Position numbers and translations under genes: made by a program. The notes under the pieces were generated by a model. The model did no database searches, was not told where the DNA came from, and saw only the letters and a list, made by a program, of their open reading frames with translations. A stretch of 64,000 bases of DNA from a virus. Its lineage: Duplodnaviria > Heunggongvirae > Uroviricota > Caudoviricetes. This document shows, one piece after another, positions 28,544 through 37,511 of the stretch; within the stretch, counting starts at the first letter, position 1; each line of letters starts with the position of its first letter. Location of the stretch: the IMG/VR virus record IMGVR_UViG_3300015207_000448; one strand, 5' to 3'.

Positions 28544-28945
28544 ATGACGCGGCAAGATTTTTCTCAAATGTTAGCAATCGCATCAGAAAACGCTACAGTG
28601 AAAATCAATGATTGCTTGCCTCATATCTTCAAACTCTCTAAACATAAAATTGATGTTCTCCTAACAGGAAGCGAGAGTTTCAATATGACTGATTGTTTTC
28701 ATTTCATCCAAGCGTGTGATTTCACGATGGAGTTTGAAGGGGAATATTGTACAGAGCTTTCAGACCTAAGAGCTGCCATAAAGAAAACTCGCCAAGACTA
28801 TAAAATGTCTCGTAGAGATCTGTCAATTAAATCTGGAGTCCACACCAATGTCATTAGTGCGTTTGAAGATGGAAGCTGTACTCTGAAAATCGACAGTCTG
28901 CTCAGAATCACAGATGCTCTTAATGCCACTATAACAATAGAATAA
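28544..28945 (+). CDS. Protein with a C-terminal XRE-type HTH
   Basis: LSIKSGVHTNVISAFEDG. Confidence 0.4.
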   Translation: MTRQDFSQMLAIASENATVKINDCLPHIFKLSKHKIDVLLTGSESFNMTDCFHFIQACDFTMEFEGEYCTELSDLRAAIKKTRQDYKMSRRDLSIKSGVHTNVISAFEDGSCTLKIDSLLRITDALNATITIE

Positions 28946-28954
28946 CAACTAACC

Positions 28955-29209
28955 ATGAACAAAGAAAGACGTGAGGAGCTACTGGAGGTCATCCAGTCGC
29001 TTGATGACGCTATAGATAAACTGAATGAAATTCGTGATGATGAACAGGATGCTTTTGACTCTTTGCCGGAAGGATTTCAGTATTCTTCAAGGGGTGAGGC
29101 TATGATAGATGCAGTAAGCACTCTTGAGGGCTTTGGCGAAGAAATTGCTCAAATTAGTGCAAAGATTGAAGCCTTTTCCAAGCCACCAAAGAAAAAGAAG
29201 AAGACATGA
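28955..29209 (+). CDS. Small acidic protein; paralogue of 47666..48070 (minus strand)
   Basis: DAFDSLPEGFQYSSRGEAMIDAV against NRPESFQWSAANDAMTDNV. Confidence 0.4.
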   Translation: MNKERREELLEVIQSLDDAIDKLNEIRDDEQDAFDSLPEGFQYSSRGEAMIDAVSTLEGFGEEIAQISAKIEAFSKPPKKKKKT

Positions 29210-29568
29210 AAAGATTTCAGTTCAGTAATGACGAATATCAGAAATTAAGCACGATCACCGGTATAGCGATGGTGGATCTTCAGAAGCTGGATGCTCAAGG
29301 GCTTTTAGCGAATGAAGTAGCGGTCAAACTGGTTTTTGAATACGAATATCAGTTACAGAAAAAAGAAAATAAGGTGCTTCCAAAACTTGTAATCAGAGCA
29401 ATTGCACGAAAGTATGGTCTTTCTGTTGCACGAGTAAAAAAATACTTGTTCGCAAAGGAAAGTCCAATTTATTATTGCGAGAAATGCCGACAAGAAATTT
29501 CAAGTTTGGAGTTCCGACGCAATAACGGTATCTGCGATCAATGCGTAGTTGAAAGTATTACCCTTTAA
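29206..29568 (+). CDS. Protein with a C-terminal zinc ribbon; paralogue of 46492..46893 (minus strand)
   Basis: CEKCRQEISS ... NGICDQC against CNRCGRRIGK ... KGFCSNC. Confidence 0.4.
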   Translation: MKRFQFSNDEYQKLSTITGIAMVDLQKLDAQGLLANEVAVKLVFEYEYQLQKKENKVLPKLVIRAIARKYGLSVARVKKYLFAKESPIYYCEKCRQEISSLEFRRNNGICDQCVVESITL

Positions 29569-29579
29569 TATTTGATAAT

Positions 29580-29885
29580 ATGAACGCAAGACAAATTGAG
29601 GTGCAAAGCTACTTCAAGCAACAGCACCCTGAAGCGCTCATACTGTATCATCTACCAGGACAATATGTGTTGCTGGGTGAGGATGTAGATCGAGCGTCAA
29701 AATCCTTTCCGACCATTCAAGTGCCGGAGCCTGGTGTGGGCATCCTTCCAGATGACATCACTATACTATCAACATTAGGAGAAGATGGGTCCGAAATACA
29801 GCTCATTTCTTACCGAAATGATGCTGGAACGCTTGATTTTCCTGATGTAAAACGCCTGATTGAAGAAAAAGAGATGGACTATTAA
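29580..29885 (+). CDS. Hypothetical protein
   Basis: ORF track. Confidence 0.3.
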   Translation: MNARQIEVQSYFKQQHPEALILYHLPGQYVLLGEDVDRASKSFPTIQVPEPGVGILPDDITILSTLGEDGSEIQLISYRNDAGTLDFPDVKRLIEEKEMDY

Positions 29886-30068
29886 AAATTTTTTCGTCTT
29901 AACATGAATCAGGAAATACATAATCGTCTTAATATGCTTATATACAGTAGGAAATTATAAGTTTATACCATACATTCAAACTGACAGTAAATACACTGAT
30001 AATCAGTATGTTATGTGAAAATTTTAACACTTTTCCTTGCTGGTTTTAGGCATTTTAGAATTAACTTT

Positions 30069-30114
30069 GTACCACCGGGTCGCACTTTTAGTCGGCTCGG
30101 TGGTACTTTATTTT
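30069..30114 (+). terminator. Hairpin terminator
   Basis: gtaccaccg ... cggtggtac followed by tttatttt. Confidence 0.45.
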
Positions 30115-30144
30115 GAATAATCAATAAAACGCAATTGAATAATC

Positions 30145-30744
30145 ATGGTACAAGAGACCAACAATTCCGAAACCGTCACCAAGACGCCTGTGGAGAAAAT
30201 CCACACGAAGCTTAAATTCATAAAGTCTGAGCGGAATGGAGCGCTCATTAGCTTTGTTTCTCAAAACCCTGTTAACAAAATTGTATGCGGGGTACGTCAA
30301 GACTCTCCTTACCCCAAGAAGATTGTAATCATCGATCGCGAGATTGCGCATAATCTCATTGTAGATATGCTATACGATTGCACTCTCATCCCTATGACTG
30401 AAGTGAAAAATCCCAAGACAGGAGAGATGCACGTTCCCGGCTTCATCGCAATAGAAGCGAATCCGGTTCAGTTCAAAGCAACCATCCAGACTAACTACAT
30501 TCGCGGAGTCAAATATAATGTCGAAGTAAGTTTCGGCAACAAGGTCATCCGCTTTGACCCGTTCCGTGGAGTCAAAGAAACAACCAAATCACTTCCGGCT
30601 TGTCGGGCGGTACTGGAAAAGCGTTGTGACATCCGAGACCTTTTGGATGTTGTGGAGCAGTTCAATATCGCAGCTAACAATCTGCTTGCTCTGATGAAAA
30701 AGGATATGGCTGACATCAACAATAAGCGCAGAGGTAAACGATGA
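30145..30744 (+). CDS. Hypothetical protein encoded immediately upstream of RNase H; paralogue of 45589..46083 (minus strand)
   Basis: Shared KIV--D--IA---I--MLY-CTL-PM and SFGNK-I--DP; its stop overlaps the RNase H start. Confidence 0.45.
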   Translation: MVQETNNSETVTKTPVEKIHTKLKFIKSERNGALISFVSQNPVNKIVCGVRQDSPYPKKIVIIDREIAHNLIVDMLYDCTLIPMTEVKNPKTGEMHVPGFIAIEANPVQFKATIQTNYIRGVKYNVEVSFGNKVIRFDPFRGVKETTKSLPACRAVLEKRCDIRDLLDVVEQFNIAANNLLALMKKDMADINNKRRGKR

Positions 30745-31136
30745 GAAGACCGACAGAGGGCATTGCAACCGACGCGGCTCATTCAATGAAGAATGGGAAG
30801 ACTGAGTATCAAGCAATAAACCTTGCCACCAGAGAACGAATCTTTTACCGTAATCTTGGGAACCAAACTACAAATATCGGTGAATTTCTGGCGGTTGTCG
30901 AAGCAGTCAAATATATCATAGAGAATGATTTTCAGCCTCGTGTGATATTTACAGACTCTATGACGGCAATAGCATGGTTTAAGGCTAAGAAAACATCATC
31001 TACCAAACCTAACAAAGACCTTCAGCGGGCTGAAATGTTTCTTAGAGCTTTGTCAGCAGATGTTGATACCATAGAAGTTATTCACTGGGACAACAAGCGT
31101 TGGGGAGAAACCCCGGCAGACTTCGGTAGAAAATAA
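30741..31136 (+). CDS. rnhA: RNase H (type 1)
   Basis: Catalytic residues in order: ATDAAHS, NIGEFLAVVEA, IFTDS, HWDN. Confidence 0.7.
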   Translation: MRRPTEGIATDAAHSMKNGKTEYQAINLATRERIFYRNLGNQTTNIGEFLAVVEAVKYIIENDFQPRVIFTDSMTAIAWFKAKKTSSTKPNKDLQRAEMFLRALSADVDTIEVIHWDNKRWGETPADFGRK

Positions 31137-31215
31137 ATGTCGGATTTATTCACCTTCGATTGTTCCAATGACTATTCTTTGATGAGACCAATCTCATAAA
31201 CTCAAATTAAACAAT

Positions 31216-31428
31216 ATGGAAGCTATTTTCAACAACCGCCGTGACTCTGTTCTGAAGTCACTTCAGGAGAACCAATCCGAGATCGCAATCTTAAACGCTG
31301 ATATTGAAGCCAAGATTGCTGCCCACAAGAATGAAATCGCAAAGCTCAAGCTCCAGCAGAAAGAGCTGAGGCAGACTAAAATGAAAGGCGGCTGGTTGCT
31401 GTCCTTGCTTATCCGATGGCTCAAGTAA
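31216..31428 (+). CDS. Small coiled-coil protein with a C-terminal TM segment
   Basis: GGWLLSLLIRWLK. Confidence 0.3.
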   Translation: MEAIFNNRRDSVLKSLQENQSEIAILNADIEAKIAAHKNEIAKLKLQQKELRQTKMKGGWLLSLLIRWLK

Positions 31429-31478
31429 CATATAAGCCTCAACGAAAGAATGACAAAATCTAAGTTGAGGCGCCAACA

Positions 31479-31563
31479 GGGTTAATGACGGAATTGGTAG
31501 ACGTGTCGGTCTCAAACACCGATGTTGAAAGACGTCCGGGTTCGACTCCCGGTTAGCCCACCA
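31479..31563 (+). tRNA. tRNA-Leu (CAA), type II with a long variable arm and an encoded CCA
   Basis: Acceptor gggttaa/ttagccc, anticodon loop ctCAAac, T-arm ccggg-ttcgact-cccgg. Confidence 0.7.
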
Positions 31564-31595
31564 AGAGAACATTTACATTTTAATCACCAAACATT

Positions 31596-32420
31596 ATGAA
31601 ACATTTCATTAAACTGTTTCTCGCACTGATTGTGTGCGTTGCAGTCTCCAGCTGTCATGGTGTCCGGCCTGAAGCTGACGAGGAAGCTGTGTTAATCAAA
31701 AAGCCGTGGTTCTTTGGGCATGGCGGTGTTGACTTGGAGCCGGTAAATACTGGCCTCACATGGTGCTTCTGGAGCACATCCTCAGAGTCGTTCAAGATTA
31801 CTCCTGTGCGTTATGAGGAAACCCTCGATGACATCATCTCTAACGAAAACACTCCGCTCGACTTCAAGACGCAGATTATCCTGCGCATTAAGAAAGGTAA
31901 GAGTCCGGTGCTTTTGCAGAACTACGGAGTCAACTGGTATGAGAACAACGTCAAAGAAGTTTACAACAACCTTACTCGACATTATGTCTCCCAGTATTCG
32001 CCATTTGATTTGACCAGTAACCGAGAAGTTGTCGCTCATATTGATTCTTGTGTGAAAGCCGACATGATCCGTTACATTGACCGACTATCTGTGGAGAAAG
32101 AATTTCCCATTGTTGTCGAGAATGTCATTACCGGTCGAGCGATTCCTAATGCAGCGCAGCTGAAGGAGATGAACAACACTGCGGCTCAGATTCAGGCAAA
32201 GCAAACTCAGGAGCGACGATACGAAACGGAGGTTGCACGAGAGCAGGCTGAACGACAACGCGCAGTATCAGATAAAGCCTATCAGCGAGAAATGGGTCTG
32301 ACTGCGGAACAGTTCATCAGTTTGAAAGCATGGGACGTAATCAACTCTAAGCAGGGTGCAAACATTGATGTCCTCTTCGATGGAGGCGCTTCCAGTACCA
32401 TGTGGAATATCAAGCGATGA
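31596..32420 (+). CDS. SPFH/band-7-like lipoprotein
   Basis: Signal peptide plus lipobox (VSSC); central beta-rich domain; C-terminal Ala/Gln/Arg-rich coiled coil. Confidence 0.45.
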   Translation: MKHFIKLFLALIVCVAVSSCHGVRPEADEEAVLIKKPWFFGHGGVDLEPVNTGLTWCFWSTSSESFKITPVRYEETLDDIISNENTPLDFKTQIILRIKKGKSPVLLQNYGVNWYENNVKEVYNNLTRHYVSQYSPFDLTSNREVVAHIDSCVKADMIRYIDRLSVEKEFPIVVENVITGRAIPNAAQLKEMNNTAAQIQAKQTQERRYETEVAREQAERQRAVSDKAYQREMGLTAEQFISLKAWDVINSKQGANIDVLFDGGASSTMWNIKR

Positions 32421-32496
32421 CAGTAATCCGCAATTAGAGATCACTATTAAACAAGAAACCGCAAAGAAGCAATATCCTTTGAGCCTTTGCGGATTT

Positions 32497-32569
32497 GGGG
32501 CCATAGCTCAGTTGGTAGAGCATCTGCTTTGCAAGCAGAAAGTCCGCAGTTCGAGTCTGCGTGGTTCCA
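32497..32569 (+). tRNA. tRNA-Ala (TGC)
   Basis: ggggcca acceptor with a G3-U70 pair, D-arm tagctcagttggtagagc, anticodon loop ttTGCaa, T-arm cgcag-ttcgagt-ctgcg. Confidence 0.75.
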
Positions 32570-32644
32570 CGAAAGGGTGGTGGGAGTTCGAGTCTCCCTG
32601 GAGTTCGCAAGGACTGCATAGTTTAGCGGTAGAACACCCTTTAT
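32570..32644 (+). other. tRNA-like fragments: an isolated T-arm (gggagttcgagtctccc) and an acceptor/D-arm-like segment (gcatagtttagcggtagaaca)
   Basis: No complete cloverleaf can be formed; flanked by intact tRNAs. Confidence 0.3.
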
Positions 32645-32718
32645 GGACTTGTAGCTCAGTTGGTCAGAGCAGCGGCCTCATAAGCCGATGGCCTCAGGTT
32701 CGATTCCTGACTTGTCCA
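32645..32718 (+). tRNA. tRNA-Met/Ile2 (CAT), with an imperfect acceptor stem
   Basis: D-arm tagctcagttggtcagagc, anticodon loop ctCATaa, T-arm tcagg-ttcgatt-cctga; two mismatches in the acceptor stem. Confidence 0.45.
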
Positions 32719-32720
32719 CA

Positions 32721-32791
32721 CATCCTTTGGCCGAGTGGTTAGGCGGCGGTCTGCAAAACCGTACACGCCGGTTCGAGTCCGGCATGGATGT
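32721..32791 (+). tRNA. tRNA-Cys (GCA) candidate
   Basis: D-arm gccgagtggttaggc, anticodon arm gcggt-ctGCAaa-accgt, T-arm gccgg-ttcgagt-ccggc; unusual C1 and one acceptor mismatch. Confidence 0.45.
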
Positions 32792-32796
32792 CTATT

Positions 32797-32869
32797 GGCT
32801 TCGCAGCTCAGTTGGTAGAGCGGTACGCTGTTAACGTAATGGTCGCAGGTTCGAGTCCTGCCGGAGCCG
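32797..32869 (+). tRNA. tRNA-Asn (GTT)
   Basis: Acceptor ggcttcg/cggagcc, D-arm gctcagttggtagagc, anticodon loop ctGTTaa, T-arm gcagg-ttcgagt-cctgc. Confidence 0.7.
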
Positions 32870-32885
32870 CAAATTGATATAGAAT

Positions 32886-33422
32886 ATGAGGAAAAGAACA
32901 GCATACATACGACAATACATTCAAGACCACCTTGACAAGACCAATGCAGAATTGGCTGATGATTTGCAAATGGAGAAGGGCTCGGTTCGGTATCACATCA
33001 GAGCATTAAAATTGCAAGGAGTGCGAAAGACATTGGGTTATTATCCACGTACCCCACATGATGAGTATATCAGAGAGCATTACCCCAACAAGTCTGCTTC
33101 TCTTATCGCTAAAGAAGTCGGAATGACCCCTGGCGGTGTACGATGCGCTGCTTACAGGTTAGGCATTAAACATAACCCAGGCTATGCAAGAGTGCAATGT
33201 AGTCATCGCCAAATTGGAGAAAATTTAACAGGTCAGCGTTTTGGGTATTTGGTAGTCAAGAGGCAATTAGGAACAAACAAGTATGGGCAAATGAGATATG
33301 AATGTTTATGTGATTGCGGAAAGATGACCGAATCGACAGCTGGGAATCTAAAACATGGACATAAAAAGTCTTGTGGCTGCTATCGTAGGCAACTGGCCGG
33401 GTTCAAGCGTAAGAAGCGCTAA
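32886..33422 (+). CDS. Protein with an N-terminal HTH and a C-terminal Cys-rich zinc module (homing-endonuclease-like); the domain is shared with 43821..44468 (minus strand)
   Basis: LTGQRFGYLVVKRQLG ... YECLCDCGK ... GHKKSCGC against LTGQRFNRLVAQKRDP ... WICQCDCGK ... GHTGSCGC. Confidence 0.45.
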   Translation: MRKRTAYIRQYIQDHLDKTNAELADDLQMEKGSVRYHIRALKLQGVRKTLGYYPRTPHDEYIREHYPNKSASLIAKEVGMTPGGVRCAAYRLGIKHNPGYARVQCSHRQIGENLTGQRFGYLVVKRQLGTNKYGQMRYECLCDCGKMTESTAGNLKHGHKKSCGCYRRQLAGFKRKKR

Positions 33423-33431
33423 ATAATATAC

Positions 33432-33503
33432 TGAGGCGTAGTTCAGTGGTAGAACAGTGGATTTTGGTTCCACGGGTCGTCGGTTCGAGCCCGACCGCCT
33501 CCG
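33432..33503 (+). tRNA. tRNA-Gln (TTG)
   Basis: D-arm tagttcagtggtagaac, anticodon arm gtgga-ttTTGgt-tccac, T-arm gtcgg-ttcgagc-ccgac. Confidence 0.7.
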
Positions 33504-33630
33504 CAACAATTTACTTTTTCCAAGAAGTGTTTAGATTTGAGAGCGGCGTGCGTGAGCATTATCCGCTCTTTTTTCATCAATCATAAAACTTCTGGTCAAT
33601 AAAATCTCTATTCGTAATAAAAGACAGATT

Positions 33631-33885
33631 ATGACACGATATTTCAAATGGCTTACTGAAAGCAACCGTCCCAAGCATATCCTAGTCGGCTTCCTGATAG
33701 GGCTCGCATTTGGCATTACTGGTGCCTTTGTGGCAGCCACTACAGCCGAAGTTAAAGATTGGCTGTGGAATGGTCAGAAAGGCGGTATCTTCGGCTGGAT
33801 CAAAGGTAATGGTTTTGACTGGCTTGACTTTGCTGCAACAATGATTGGTGGTGCCATCGGATTTGGCATACAGTGTATATTCTAA
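33631..33885 (+). CDS. Small membrane protein with a glycine-zipper motif, possibly holin-like
   Basis: ILVGFLIGLAFGITGAFVAA and IGGAIGFGIQ. Confidence 0.35.
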   Translation: MTRYFKWLTESNRPKHILVGFLIGLAFGITGAFVAATTAEVKDWLWNGQKGGIFGWIKGNGFDWLDFAATMIGGAIGFGIQCIF

Positions 33886-34300
33886 CATCATTATGGAAGC
33901 AAATAATAAAAAAGACATTCCGACCATAATTGAATGGCTGGGAGACGATAGAGGCGATAATCTTGCTATCAGATTCGGGCTCCGTGTATATACCGTTGAC
34001 CGATATGGAAATCTCAACTCCCAGCGTTATAAGCGGGCTTTGGCAAGTCCGTTGCCAGAAGGAACATATACAGCTCCAATTGAGGGTTTATCTGACCTCA
34101 AACCAGGCCATACGTTTGTTATCTCCAACACTGAGATAGTAGTAGGCAAGCTGATCGAATCTCATCTGTTTGGTTATCGCTTCTTATGTGTAACCCCTGA
34201 AGGAAAGATTGTGATTACAGATGTGAGTTATGAAGACATTATACGCCATCATAAAGATGGTGACATCAAGGCAATTTTTAAGGTAAGAATCGAAGATTGA
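33845..34300 (+). CDS. Hypothetical protein
   Basis: ORF track. Confidence 0.35.
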   Translation: MVVPSDLAYSVYSNIIMEANNKKDIPTIIEWLGDDRGDNLAIRFGLRVYTVDRYGNLNSQRYKRALASPLPEGTYTAPIEGLSDLKPGHTFVISNTEIVVGKLIESHLFGYRFLCVTPEGKIVITDVSYEDIIRHHKDGDIKAIFKVRIED

Positions 34301-34338
34301 TTTTTAGGTTTAGGCATTTCTTTTTTCATTGTTGTTTT

Positions 34339-34367
34339 TCCTCCCGTTGTGAAACGGGAGGTTTTTA
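34339..34367 (+). terminator. Rho-independent terminator
   Basis: cctcccgtt-gtgaaa-cgggagg followed by tttttat. Confidence 0.55.
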
Positions 34368-34848
34368 TTTAGATATGTTGAGTATTGTAGGTTATATGTG
34401 TACACATAAACGTGTTAAGATGAAAATAATCAGAAGATAGGTATAAAGAATTGACCTGATTGGCATTGACTCAATTTTGTCAATTCCAATTATTGTTCTA
34501 TCTTTGCAACAGCAAATGAGAGCCGTTTGCCAAGTGAGTGTGCTAAAAGTGTGCGTTCACTACCCAAGACAAGTCTAAAACTGTACTATATATCAATCAG
34601 TTAGATTGTCAGAGTTTGTGGTGGCCTGGTGGCACCACGAGATTGATGAAACTCAGTTTACACTGTACACTAAGTGTTTACTGAGTTTCTCTTTTTATAG
34701 CTGATTATCTTAGAGTTAGCCCACTCTAAGTTCTGTCAATACCCTGTACACTTTGGGGTATTTTTGCAGTGTAGTGGCTTGGGTCAGTCAATGATGTGCA
34801 TATTTTGTGACAGACAATGCGCCAACATTAACTGATTAAAGCAACGTA

Positions 34849-36111
34849 ATGATTACAATCAACTATCAGATGTTCGGGACCAAAGGGTTCCAACTAAGAT
34901 TGAGGCTCTATCAGGATGGCGAGACAAAGTTTATCAACGTCACCAAAATGCTGAAAGGAGCCATCCAAAAGAAACACTGGAATCAGAAGAAGCAGCTCTT
35001 TATCCCAAGCTGCCCCTTCAGTGATGAGAACAATGCCATGCTGGTTCAGTTCCGGCAGAGGTACGATGAAATGGCAATCAACTGGACTGGCAGCGTGTTT
35101 GGTATGATAGCTGCTATGGAAACGGCCACAGAACCCTCTCAAAAGGCCCTGACGGTCTCAGAATTTATCCAGTATGTAGTTGACCAGCTCAACAAAAACA
35201 AGCACGCAGACGGCTCTGGAAAGGGCAGTTTTGAGAACTACCTGAAATGTGACAAAAGACTTCAGGAGTTCTGCAAGGCAAAAAAGATTAAATACTCAAA
35301 ACTGTTGATTACGGAGCTTAATGCAACTTTCGTGAATAACGTGTTTGAATGGGTCGAGCGCGCGCGTAAAGGCACAGGAATGTGCTATGTCTCAAAGATA
35401 CTCCATTCTTTGATTATGAAAGCTGATAAGGAGGGGTATCTGAAAGCTGAGGATTTCAAGAAATGCAACTGGTTCAAGAAACCAAGCTCCAGCTCCCAGA
35501 AGTTCCACACACTGACTGAAGAGCAATGTAAGAAGTTTACCACTCTGGATTTGTCATCAATCTCCAAGTCACCTCTGAATGAGCTGTACCGGGATTTCTG
35601 CCTCTTCATTCTCTACACCGGCCAGTCTGCTTGTGACGCGATCGCTCTCCGATATTCGGACATCAAGAAAATAGGCGGGATCAGTCACTTTGTGTTCAAC
35701 CGAAGAAAGATTGCTGAGAAGCAGGCGGTGCCTTGCTCTGTTCCAATCAATACAGAGCTTGACCGTATAATGCTCCGTTGGAGAAGGTTGGCAAAGGATG
35801 GGTACATTTTCCCCATCCGAAATAAGGAGAAGTTAAAAACTCAGACCACCAATAATGGGGATATAAAACACTTTATAGGGAATTTGAACAACTGGCTCAA
35901 AAAAGTCGGCAAGGCGCTGGGTTGTTCGTTTCCGCTGCATACCTACACTTTCAGGCACACAGCGATAACACATTATATCAGTAAGGGAGTGCCGGTCATA
36001 TATGTGTCGAATATGATGGGCACCAGTATAGAGAACTGTGAGAAGATCTACTACAACAATCAAGGTGATACTGCCAGCCGTAACAAAGTATTGGCAGCTA
36101 TGAAGTTCTAA
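34849..36111 (+). CDS. int: Tyrosine site-specific recombinase (integrase)
   Basis: C-terminal catalytic box HTYTFRHTAITHYISKGVPVIYVSNMMGTS; 420 aa; preceded by about 550 bp of noncoding DNA carrying the palindrome gtggtggcctggtggcaccac. Confidence 0.8.
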   Translation: MITINYQMFGTKGFQLRLRLYQDGETKFINVTKMLKGAIQKKHWNQKKQLFIPSCPFSDENNAMLVQFRQRYDEMAINWTGSVFGMIAAMETATEPSQKALTVSEFIQYVVDQLNKNKHADGSGKGSFENYLKCDKRLQEFCKAKKIKYSKLLITELNATFVNNVFEWVERARKGTGMCYVSKILHSLIMKADKEGYLKAEDFKKCNWFKKPSSSSQKFHTLTEEQCKKFTTLDLSSISKSPLNELYRDFCLFILYTGQSACDAIALRYSDIKKIGGISHFVFNRRKIAEKQAVPCSVPINTELDRIMLRWRRLAKDGYIFPIRNKEKLKTQTTNNGDIKHFIGNLNNWLKKVGKALGCSFPLHTYTFRHTAITHYISKGVPVIYVSNMMGTSIENCEKIYYNNQGDTASRNKVLAAMKF

Positions 36112-36150
36112 AAAAGATTAGGGGCAGCTACTGATTGACTGCCCCTATTC

Positions 36151-36567
36151 TTACTTTTCTGGTCTCACAAACTTAAAGTCAATTTTATATACCTGACAGT
36201 GTTTGCGGAATATCTTGAAGATTTTATCAAACTCACGTTTAATAGCTCGACGCTCACGCCTTGGTGTTCCAGGGGCGTGATACTCTTCAATCAAGTCGTT
36301 CAGCTCATCAGTAAGCCGACAAGCGGTTTTATATCCTGGGCTATCAAAGAGCAAATCCTTTGCTACCTCATTCATTAGAGATACGTTGACACTACATTCA
36401 AATTTATATGAATGATGAATGTCTATCGGATGAGTATCTTTGTCAGTCCAAGATATTTCAACAGTACCGGGGAGAATTTCAAGTTCCTCCCCAGTATTCA
36501 TATCTCTGAGAAAAACCTTACTCGTTTCCATTGTTAAGAAATTCCTCATCAGTGGGAACCTCGTCAA
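36151..36567 (-). CDS. Hypothetical protein
   Basis: ORF track. Confidence 0.3.
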   Translation of the reverse strand: MTRFPLMRNFLTMETSKVFLRDMNTGEELEILPGTVEISWTDKDTHPIDIHHSYKFECSVNVSLMNEVAKDLLFDSPGYKTACRLTDELNDLIEEYHAPGTPRRERRAIKREFDKIFKIFRKHCQVYKIDFKFVRPEK

Positions 36568-36778
36568 GAGTCCAGTATGAGAGTATGTAACAGACTCCGT
36601 TTCCCATATTTCCTAACTCAGCTTCAAGAATTACCGTCTGGCCTTTGGCAATCTTTTCTTTCAAAGGTTCTACACAATACTTCAGGAAAGTCTGATTTTC
36701 TTTACCAATAGGCCAATCCTTATCGAGTTTTGTGAGTACCTTATCGAGCATTGCGGGATTTGTCAGGCGGATTTTCAT
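36518..36778 (-). CDS. Small hypothetical protein
   Basis: ORF track. Confidence 0.3.
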   Translation of the reverse strand: MKIRLTNPAMLDKVLTKLDKDWPIGKENQTFLKYCVEPLKEKIAKGQTVILEAELGNMGNGVCYILSYWTLDEVPTDEEFLNNGNE

Positions 36779-37224
36779 TCGGGTTCGGAGATAACAACCC
36801 AGTCCTCAGCAAACACATCACTGATGGTTGGGGTCCATGAATTTGCTTCTCCAGTGTCTTTATTGTAGATTAGACACTGGTCTGTGTAGTCCACGAATGT
36901 TGCGTGTTCCATCACAAATTTCTTGGCTGCATCAGGAAGAGATTGCATCTTTGGAATGATCTCACCAGTGATATGAGCTGGAACTTGCTTGAACACTACC
37001 AGACTGAGACAATCCCAGCCACGTCTGCGAACCACCAGTCCTCGTTTCAGAGCTTTGATGGCATCGCCGAAGTCCATAACTTCAAGCTGTAACCAAGCGT
37101 TGTCATGGCCATAATCCACGGCAAACATGATCTGTTCTTCACTTTCTTTGTAGGTAGGATTGGCTTTTACAGCTTCCTGTGCAAAAGCCTTTGAAACTCC
37201 TACGATTGAATCAAACTTTTTCAT
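36775..37224 (-). CDS. DUF2829-family protein (Tad2-like candidate); paralogue of 25457..25966
   Basis: FGDAIKALKRGLVVRRRGWD ... SDVFAEDWVVI. Confidence 0.45.
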   Translation of the reverse strand: MKKFDSIVGVSKAFAQEAVKANPTYKESEEQIMFAVDYGHDNAWLQLEVMDFGDAIKALKRGLVVRRRGWDCLSLVVFKQVPAHITGEIIPKMQSLPDAAKKFVMEHATFVDYTDQCLIYNKDTGEANSWTPTISDVFAEDWVVISEPE

Positions 37225-37235
37225 TACTTCTCAGT

Positions 37236-37511
37236 TTAGTTTTGAACTTTGTCTTTGAGAGACTTGCTGGGTTTGAACACCGGCATCTTTCGGGCAGCGA
37301 TGTTTACGACTGTGCCAGTGGCGGGATTGCGACCCACCTTTGCTGCTCTTTCTTTTACCATGAAGTTGCCGAAGTCACGAAGCTCGATACGACCACCGCG
37401 AGCAAGTTCTTCAGTTACTGTTTCCATGAAGGCTTCTACACACTCGGTGACAGCCTTCTTCTCACGCCCGGTCTTTTGGGCGATCTCGTTTACAATGTCT
37501 GCTTTTGTCAT
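37236..37511 (-). CDS. hup: HU/IHF-family DNA-binding protein
   Basis: MTKADIVNEIAQKTG ... RIELRDFGNFMVKERAAKVGRNPATG ... signature; 91 aa. Confidence 0.8.
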   Translation of the reverse strand: MTKADIVNEIAQKTGREKKAVTECVEAFMETVTEELARGGRIELRDFGNFMVKERAAKVGRNPATGTVVNIAARKMPVFKPSKSLKDKVQN

